Shown: in pieces, positions 54,001 to 64,000 of the stretch
Numbering within the stretch: position 1 is the stretch's first letter
How the letters are laid out: each line of letters opens with the position of its first letter
Source of the DNA: the human T2T-CHM13v2.0 reference genome, Homo sapiens
DNA: 64,000 bases
Assembly (NCBI RefSeq): GCF_009914755.1
Contig: NC_060931.1
Reading direction: 5' to 3' (one strand)
Notes under the pieces: model-generated
The model's input: only the letters and a program-made list of their open reading frames with translations
Databases searched by the model: none
Told to the model about the DNA's origin: nothing
Made by a program: the position numbers and the translations under genes

Positions 54001-54773
54001 TTAGAAGATGACCTACAAGAGGGATGAGTTCAATTTATGTGTGAAAGCCCAGACGCATTTTATATTTCCCCAAACTCTGGCTTCTGCACTTAAGTAAATC
54101 CCTGAGAATAAGGTGCAACGATGACCTGGATGGAACCGTGTGGAATTGAGCCCAGTTGTCTCCACGGAGAGTCTCATTTCCAAACACCTCCAAAGGATAC
54201 CCAGCACCCCACGACCTCTTCCCAGCTCACACCACCAGCCAGTTGATGTTCCTGGGATAGTCCCGGTGCCTCCTGCCTGGTGTCCTTGCATCTGCCCTTC
54301 CCCCTCCACAGTCTGTTCTCAACACCAGCACCAGGTTGCCTGTTAAAGTAGGCCAGATCATGTCACGACTTTGCTCAAGACTCCCCAAGGACTGCCCACC
54401 TAAGGCAGAACAAGTCAAGATCCCCCTATGGGTATCAAAGCCCCCGACTCCTGCTCTTGTTACCTCTCCGAGCTCGATGCATCCCCTCCCGTTGCTCACT
54501 CTGCTCCAGGCACACTGACCTTCTTAGTGTTCCTCTGTTTGGATCACTCTTCCCCCAGGTGTCTGGACTGCTTGTGTTCTCTGCACAACTGCCACTTTAG
54601 GTGGCTCCGGCACTGTCTTCAGGTCTTTGCTCACACATTGCCTCATGCACGAGGCCTTCGTGTCAGCCCCATGTGAGATGGCTCTGGTGGCCACCCAGCA
54701 CTTCCAATTCCTCTCCCCTGTAGGAGCTTTTCCACAGGACTTACCACCCTCTGACATATTATAGATTAACCTC

Positions 54774-55379
<606 letters not shown>

Positions 55380-55959
55380 CAGATTTTACTTTTTGTTCTT
55401 CTGTTTATCTCCCTGCAACTGGAGCTTATCTGTGGTTCCCTATTGGATCCCCAATGCCAGGACCACAGCTGGCACTCAGTAAAAATGAGTGGAGCAAATG
55501 AAGAAGTGACAGAAAGTTGAATCTGCCTGAGAAGGAGATATAAGACAAAAATCCTAAAAAGCTGAAAAGATACAAACAGTGACATCATCTGAAAACAAAA
55601 GAGTACCCTGGACTCGATCTCAGGTTGTGAACCATGACTAGCGCAGGAAAGAACAGGAGAGAGGATGGGATGGAGGTGTCCCAGCACAAACTCAACATTC
55701 TGGGGAAGAGGTAATCCACTGCCCTTTGCTTCATTTAGAAAGTGCAACTGCTGTAAGATGCAGGTATTAGTTAGGAAAAGTAGAAAGGGAGAGTTAAACA
55801 TGAATATTCATCCACTTTTCATTTAATACATACCTATTGATTGTGTGCTCTGTGCAAGCCACTCAGAAGAGGCTATGGAAGACCCCATTGCATTTTACTT
55901 CATTATTTTCTTTCATAACTTACATTATATGCATTATGTGTGTTCTTATGAATATACCA

Positions 55960-56350
55960 ACGTGGCATAATACTTTGAGCCTGGGTTTTGAAATAGACAG
56001 GCATGGGTGTGAATCCCATTCTCTGCACAACCTTGGGTGTGTTCCTTCACTTCTGAAACCTTCTAAAATGGTTATGGCTATTATTTTTTGAGAGTTCACT
56101 GGGTTCTATGCACTGTACTAAGTACTTTTCGTCTATTATCTCATTTAATCCTTGCTAAAGCTCACAGATGTGGGTAGTGTCATCTCTGTTCTACAGGTGA
56201 TGGAACTGAGGCAGAGTGGGACCAGGCAAACTCACCTGGGGCCCCTCAGCTAGTGGGTGGTAGGGTCCAAGGCATGTCTGCCTCTGAATTCCTGCCTTTA
56301 GCCAATTCATCATCAGTCTTCCTCGTCTGTGCAATGGGGATCATTTAACA
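55960..56350. mobile_element. MIR fragments in both orientations
   Basis: + strand: GGGTGTGAATCCCATTCT...ACCTTGGG. - strand: TCTCATTTAATCCT...GGAACTGAGGCAGAG. Confidence 0.7.
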
Positions 56351-56799
56351 TGGCTCCACAGGGCTGGGCTGTCCTGGGTGCCAGTGTCTCTGTGAAGCGT
56401 GTTATAAACCTGAAGGTCTGTAGGGCACTGGCTGCTGTCGGAAGCCCTCAGCCTGTCCCTCTTCCACAGCAGGTGCTGCCTGTGAACCAGTGTGGGTGAC
56501 ACTCCTGCAATGCCATCCCACTTCTTGTAGGCTCAGAGGGGCTGGAAGCAGGGCCTGAATGGGAGCTGAGGGAGGGTACAGTGATTGTGGCTTTTCCCCT
56601 GGGCAGCTTCCCTGTAGGAGCTTTGGCTTCGGCAAGCCTCAGGCACAGAGGGGTAAGCAAATGAGGAATCTTCACTCCAGGTTGGGTCCTGACCCCTCCC
56701 CACCCCACAAAGCTGGGAACAGCGGCAGTGGTTCTGGAGGATGTGCCGGTCTTTGCTCCTCCACACTTGGGAGAAAGCTGTGCTTTTCTGCCTCTTCTT

Positions 56800-57330
56800 G
56801 CCACTGTGGCCTGGGTGGAATCAATGCCACGTGTGAAAGCAGCTGTGTGCATCTGGGGCGGGCACTGTGTAGGCCAGTAAGAGAACAGGCAAGTGGCCCG
56901 AGGACTGGCTACTGCAGGCACTTCGATCACCTTTAATTATAGCCGCTTAACTGGCTTCTCATTAGAAATGCCCCCACAGACCTCTTGTCTGATTGATAAA
57001 ATCTTCCCATCTATCTCCAGCAACAGATCCCTCCAACTTCTTCTTAAAAGCTCAATCAGAGACTTTGCCTTAACTGGGGGAGGGCCGGGGTGCAGGTGGG
57101 TTAAATGCAGAAATTTCTGCTGGCTTCAGAGTGGTTGTTTCTGGAACTCAACGGCTTTGGGTTTTTAGTTAGTTTGTTTGTTTTTAAACAAACTGTCTCT
57201 GAGGTTAGTTTCTAGGGTATTAATCTCCTATGCTTGGCAATTACGTGCATTTAGAAAGTGAGTAGAATTTGGTTCTCCTGCAATAGAACTAATTTACCAT
57301 TTGCGGTTAACAGCAAAGCTCAAGAGACTG
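56800..57330. promoter_or_regulatory. Candidate conserved non-coding element
   Basis: Repeat-free, with TTAATTA, the PBX-type TGATTGAT (56990-56997), CAATTA and CTAATT. Inference only. Confidence 0.35.
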
Positions 57331-57499
57331 TGGGGTGCAGAGCAAATATGTTTCTCCTTTCTTGGATGTAGACCCTTGGCCCGTGATACACACACCAATG
57401 GTAGCTAAATTAGAGCAACTGGCTTGTTTATTTTTGATACTTTATAGCCATTCTGTGTTTTTTCTTTCCTGTTGCCTTAGAGAGGGAAGAGAAACAGTT

Positions 57500-57690
57500 A
57501 TAGAACACTCATGTTATGGGCTGCTTATGTGTATTATTTAGTTTAATTCTTGTGACAGCGCATGAGGAAAGCGTCATAATCTCTACATTTCTCAGATGGG
57601 AAACTTGACTGAGAAAGTGTCTTGCTCAAGGTTACTGTTAGTGGAGGAGATGGGATTTGAACTTAGGTTGGGCTGGCCCCAAAGCCTTCC
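57500..57690 (-). mobile_element. MIR
   Basis: CAGATGGGAAACTTGACTGAGA...TTGCTCAAGGTTAC...GGGATTTGAACTTAGG. Confidence 0.7.
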
Positions 57691-57929
57691 TCTATGCCCT
57701 CTGTTTCCCAGGCCTCCCTTGGACTAAACACGGCATCAATGGAGGGCTGGAGCAATTGCTCTCAAGCTCAGCATGGTGACAGCGTGGCCCTGTATGCTGC
57801 GAGGTTGCATACAATTTTTTTTGTTACTACTTCATATTGTGAATAATATGTTTTTTTCCCATAGAGTGAATTTGTCTCTCTCTCACCCACTTGTATTTTG
57901 ATGTTTCTTTGGAAGGTGGTAACTATAAA

Positions 57930-58140
57930 CAGACTGGATTGGATGACCTGAGTTCCCATCCCAGCTCTACCACGAACCCTCCCATATCACAAGTTCTTCG
58001 TTGATAAAATTGGGGTCCTAAAAAGAAAAAGAAAAAAAATTGGGATCCTAATAGTATTTATTCTTCGTTGTTAATGGTGAAGTGAGGTATCCCCCACAAG
58101 GCGTGTAGGTACAGAGGGAGGCTCTGTGTGAACTGATATT
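57930..58140 (+). mobile_element. MIR carrying a poly(A)-only insertion
   Basis: GACCTGAGTTCCCATCCCAGCTCTACCAC...TAAAATTGGG. Duplicated 15-mer at 58006-58020 and 58036-58050. Confidence 0.6.
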
Positions 58141-58962
58141 ACTGAATGGAAAGGAAAAGGGTGTCATCACAGCTGGCACCCATGGCCGTGCTGCTCTTGT
58201 GAAAATCACCTGTCACCTGTGTCAAGGCAGGGTGAAGCTCTGAGTCAGAGCCGAGGTCTGATGAGGCCTGGGGTAGATTCTGCTGGTGGTGGTCTCTCTC
58301 GGCCCTCAGCACTCACCCTCTGGCAGCAGATAGAAACAGCTTATCAGAGTTTACATACTTTGAAATGAATAAGAGGGTGTACATTTCTGAGTCAGTGCTG
58401 TAATGTATTAGTAATAAAACATGGCCAACAGAAACCCTTCCTATTTGGAAAATGATTACTGGCATTGAAGTTTGACTTTGATTGTTGTGCTTTACACAGT
58501 ATATTACTTGGGGAAAGTATAAGCTCTTTTTTCTTTGCAACACCTCTTACCTTCTCTTGCCTGCTGCCAAATATCTATGTAATTTTGGATATGTTAACTC
58601 ATTTATTTGACAAATATTAAACCTTATCTTCCTAGGAACCTAGACCTGCATCCTATATGTGCAAAAGGAGGCCAAGTTCTAGTGCAGGGAGACATCCACT
58701 TACATCATAGGCATATCACTTCAAATCAGACATGGGAACTATGTTGGAGCCAGGAGAGGAAGCAGATATCTGTGTCTGGAAGACAGGAGGAAAGCAAGGG
58801 AGGCTCTGAGATGGAGGAAATGCAGGGAGGAGAATGGGAGGCTAGTACATCTCCCAGCTTCCTAGAGTAACAAAATTAAAAATGTTAGAAATATTTTAAG
58901 AGAATTATCAAATAGATGAAGCCAACTCTGTAAGTTGTGAAACATAAAAATCATGGTTCATT

Positions 58963-59275
<313 letters not shown>

Positions 59276-59524
59276 TCACAGCAGTTTAAAAGATCTCAAG
59301 ATTTTTGTTGATAGAAAATAAAACAAGGAAAACTATGTCCAGTGGATGAGATGGACCTGAGTTCCCAGTGTACAGGGTAAGGAGACCCAGAGTACCAGCA
59401 CTCCATTGTGTTAGGGCCACACACCCACCTCCCACACCCAGAAAGAAAATGGTACATGTGGTGGATTTGATTCTTTTCCAAATTTTCCACCTCCTTCATC
59501 GATTCATGATGTAATCCAATCGTA

Positions 59525-59810
59525 CATCCACAGCCTTCCCACATGACTCCTGGAGGAGCTGGCGGCACATACATCCTCTCACCATTGACATTAGGTTTAG
59601 CCATGCAACTTGCGTGGTTGATAGGAGGTTAGTGGTTGTGATACAGGTAGAAGTTTTAAATATGCCTGGGTTTTGCTTGCACTTAAATGTGCTTGGGTTT
59701 CATTTACACTTCTGTCATCTACTGTGAGAAGAACATGCCCTTGAATGAAATGCTCATGTATGAAAATACAAAGATGTGAAGGTATCAGTCTGGAAGAGCT
59801 ATAACCCCAA
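59525..59810 (+). mobile_element. MLT1 (MaLR) LTR fragment
   Basis: CCATTGACATTAGGTTTAGCCATGCAACTTGC, TGTGAGAAGAACATGCCC. Confidence 0.65.
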
Positions 59811-59826
59811 ATTATCTCAATGATCC

Positions 59827-60590
<764 letters not shown>

Positions 60591-61599
60591 CTTTTGACAT
60601 AACTGTTAAAATACATAGAAGGAATAAGAGAGGTTCAATGTGCTTATAACTTTATAGGACAAATGACTTTATTGCAATGTACTGTTCCATCCATGCATTA
60701 GTTCCATTTCTCATAGTAAATAAGTTGGCATGTGATTTACTATAAGTCTCTCTGAGACTTACTTGCCTAAACCAGTGTCCCCAGGTATAACCAGCTTGCA
60801 ATCATAGACAAAGTGATGTTTCTGTAGAGCTGACGCCAGAGTCTGGATGGGTAAATTTTCGAAGGCAAATGCTCCCTCAGATACAGGGGGTCCAGCCAAT
60901 CTTTCTGGGCTACTGCCTGTGATGTTTATTATGGGCTTAAAAAATTCTACATAGTTTATGAAGTCTGAAAGCTTCTTTCCGTGAAACATAGTAATTAAAT
61001 CATTTCTTTTGTCTGTTCCCTTGTGTGTGATGATGGTATCAGAAATCTCAGTGTTACTTCTTCCTTCCTGGCCTGAATTCTTGGACATCTCTATTTTATT
61101 GAGCTTGTAAGTTTACCAATGCCCAGATTCAAATACATCTGTGTATATCACTCACATTCCACAAAGGAGCTCTGTCATCTGGATTATAATGAAGACACCA
61201 CAGTGAGTAAGGGGACTATGGAGTCCTGCCAGGCCCAAAATGTGACATGTCAGACTAGAGCAATTTTCTGTGGAGTGGTGACAGTTAACCATAGGGTTGG
61301 AGTAAATATCTCAAGAGTGTGCACTATTAAAAAACCCCCAATATTTTGTCTCATTGCTTTGATTTATTTTTGTCTCAATATTTAATTTAGATTGAATGTC
61401 AATTATTATTAAAGGAGGGCAAGAAGACTTTATCTTATCAAAAGTGTTCAGGGGAAGGAGGAACGTGGGTTTAGAAAGGCTAAAAAATACTATATTAAAA
61501 TAAACTCTACAAAGTAAACCCAACTGCCTACAGGACCAGACAGGAAGAGCCAGTCAGATAGAAGAAATGGAATGGACTTGGGCCACGATCTCTTATCAT

Positions 61600-62560
61600 A
61601 AGCTGATAAAATTAGACATAAATAATCAAATGGTGGATAAAAATATACTTAGATGTTATGAAATTTACTCTTGAACAACCCTTTGATAAAAGAGAAAATT
61701 GAAAGGTAAATTATAAAGTATCTAGGAAGCAAGGGAAAGTAGAATAGTTTGTGTGAATCTGGGACAGAGTGAAAGCTGTACTCAGAGGAAGAAGTATAGC
61801 CTGAAATGCCTGTATCAAGGGTCAGCAAACTTTTTCTGTAAAGGGCAAGAGCTTTGTGGACCCTATTGTCTCTGTTGAAGGTTCCTTTTTGTTTTGTTTA
61901 CAACACTTTAAAATGTAAAAACAATTCTTAGTCCCCAAGTTGTACAAAAACAGGTTGTGGGTCTGATTTGGCCCACGCATAATAGTGTGCTGACCCTTGC
62001 TTCTATTATTATAACGGACAAAAAGGTAAAAAATAATCTAAGTAATAACCTTAAGAAATCAGAAAAATGATGACAACAATGACACAAAACACAGGAAATT
62101 ATAAAGTAAAATTAATAAAGACAAAAGCTGAAACAAATGATATAGGAAATAAAAAATTGTAGAAAGAGTGAATAAGTCCAAAAGATGGTTGTCAAGACAA
62201 GTAAAATAGAGGATCCCTTTGAAGTTAGACTAAGAAAACGGAGAGAACGAAAATATACAAGATTAGCAATGAGAAAGGGAGATATGGATACGGGAGAGAT
62301 CAAAATAAAATCTAAGAGAACATTGCATACAGCTCTTTGACAATAAATTTGAGCATCTAAAATAAATGATTTCCTAGCAAACACTAACAAAATTGATCCT
62401 AGAAGAAATGAAAACTTGAGTGGGCCAATTACTATAGAAGAACATTGATTAAAGATTTACCATTGAAAAAGGCACCAGAATTAGATGGGTTCACAAAAAC
62501 AAATAATTTAGTTTTTAAAATACCATTCAAGCAATAGAAAAAGGAAAAAAGTTCAGTAAG
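61600..62560 (+). mobile_element. Old L1M ORF2 fragment interrupted by MER58
   Basis: TGGGACAGAGTGAAAGCTGTACTCAGAGGAAGAAGTATAGCC translates to WDRVKAVLRGRSIA, similar to L1 ORF2 WDxxKAVLRGKFIA. A-rich. Confidence 0.8.
61816..61999 (+). mobile_element. MER58 (hAT-Charlie) MITE
   Basis: Perfect 12-bp TIRs CAAGGGTCAGCA / TGCTGACCCTTG. AAACTTTTTCTGTAAAGGGC. Confidence 0.9.
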
Positions 62561-63319
62561 TTTCTTTGCTTAGAAAATAAAGAGTGGAAAGTTCGGGCAC
62601 AGGAGTGGCAAATTACCTTGAGTGCCAGCTTGCAGCAGTGGGTAGTGAAAGAGATTATGAGGCCCAGTTGAGATCCAGTGGGAAAAAACTGGGGATTAGT
62701 TTGCCATTCCTGACTCAGCTTGGAAAGTAAAGTCAAATGGATCTTATATGATATTTTCTGCAGAGATAGCCAGGAATTACTCTATGATGTCCTATGGATT
62801 TCTGATCAATTTATTTGAGAAAACTTCTACATTCAGTAATTTACATCCTTCTAATGACCATTCAGTAGCCATATGAAAATCATCTAGATTAGGCTCCCAA
62901 ACCCAAATCTAACTTTGCATTAATCATCAGTGCTGTGGGTGTAGCGCATCGATCAGAGAAGCCCAAGGTTACAGAGCCAAAGAACTCATGGGATATTTCC
63001 CAGTGACAGGACCATCATAAGAAGGGTTGTCTTCCTTGTCTCTGATGCCTTTGCTGATTTGTAGCTGAACAGAAATCCTCCCGTTTCATTCATTGGTCTA
63101 ACCGTGATCTCAGGGCTTTATTTTCCTAATTCGCCAAACACAAACGCAACTGAACAACATCTCTTCCACTCTTAAAGGGCAGCTCATTCTAGTGGCTGTG
63201 CTGGCCAACCCTGCCTGGGCTTCCCCAAGTCCATCACATCTACCCCTGTAGGTGGAAAGAGCAAAAAAGAGCCAGACACAGCAGCAAGGAAGGAAGAAAG
63301 AAAGAGGAACTGCCACTGC

Positions 63320-63620
63320 AATGAGTAAATCTTCATTATTATAAAAAAGGGAATCATCACTTTACTATCTTCATTTTTATGATGAAGTAAAATAAAATGG
63401 AAAGGAAGAGCGAGAGAAATGATTGCTTGGTAAACGGCCTCAAACCTAGCATGTGTTTATTTAAGCGTCTCTGCAAACATAACCCAGGGTGTCCGTTAAA
63501 TCAGCAGGCATGTCAGTTGGCACTTCTGGTTACAGACCATTTTACGGTCATACATCATTCGTAGCCGTAAAAGCCATTTGCCCTCTGTCACCCAACCAAT
63601 CAAGATTCAGCCAAGGGGAA
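63320..63620. promoter_or_regulatory. Candidate conserved non-coding element with paired posterior-HOX/CDX-type sites
   Basis: TTTTACGG 63540-63547 and CCGTAAAA 63565-63572, plus TTTTATGA, TGTTTAT, TGTCA and retained CpGs. Confidence 0.4.
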
Positions 63621-64000
63621 GCTGAGCAGTAGCCTGGAAGTTTTCTTTGGGCTCCTCTGCGTTTCCACAACCTGGTTCAGCAGAATGTCACAGAAAATTA
63701 ACTCCCCTGGGTTATCAAGGACCCCTCCTCACTAAGGAGCAATATAGGATTTCAGGCTAATATTTACCCCTCCCCAAGCAACACCTTGTGATGTGCCAGA
63801 AGAGGCAGAAGCGCAGCAGGCATCACACACAAGCCCTGGGTAACACCTGCTGCTTTGAACTGTTGGAATGAAAGGCCGAGGAGGGGACGCTGCCAGTCCA
63901 TGCCTCGGAGATTCACTCCTGCTGCCCACTTGGAGCAGACTTGAAATTGATGTCAGCGTCTAAGCCACCCAGTGAGTGACCTTGGCCTGCCCTTGCTTCA

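Overview
This is primate, most likely human, euchromatic DNA with no recognisable protein-coding exon, CpG island or structural RNA gene, so it is either a gene desert or a very large intron. A large fraction is interspersed repeats: 17 Alus plus a split FLAM (one Alu is a near-perfect AluYa5-type copy), a 5'-truncated L1PA nested in an L1MA tail, several L1M fragments, many L2/MIR fossils, solo LTRs (THE1, MST, MLT, LTR33-, LTR47- and MER51-like) and hAT fossils (MER63, MER58, MER5). Between the repeats lie several repeat-free blocks rich in HOX/PBX/MEIS/TCF motifs, which look like developmental enhancers, plus one strong CTCF motif. The ORF track is explained by repeats and chance. I found no evidence of a new multi-gene system. 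The most unusual features are two spaced ~120-bp direct duplications (one with a 53-bp perfect core around a splice donor, one retaining an NRF2/MAF site and an E-box), template-switch hairpins, a poly(A)-only retroinsertion and nested insertions. Repeat subfamily names come from recalled consensus sequences, the boundaries of old repeats are approximate, and the locus could not be identified from sequence alone.
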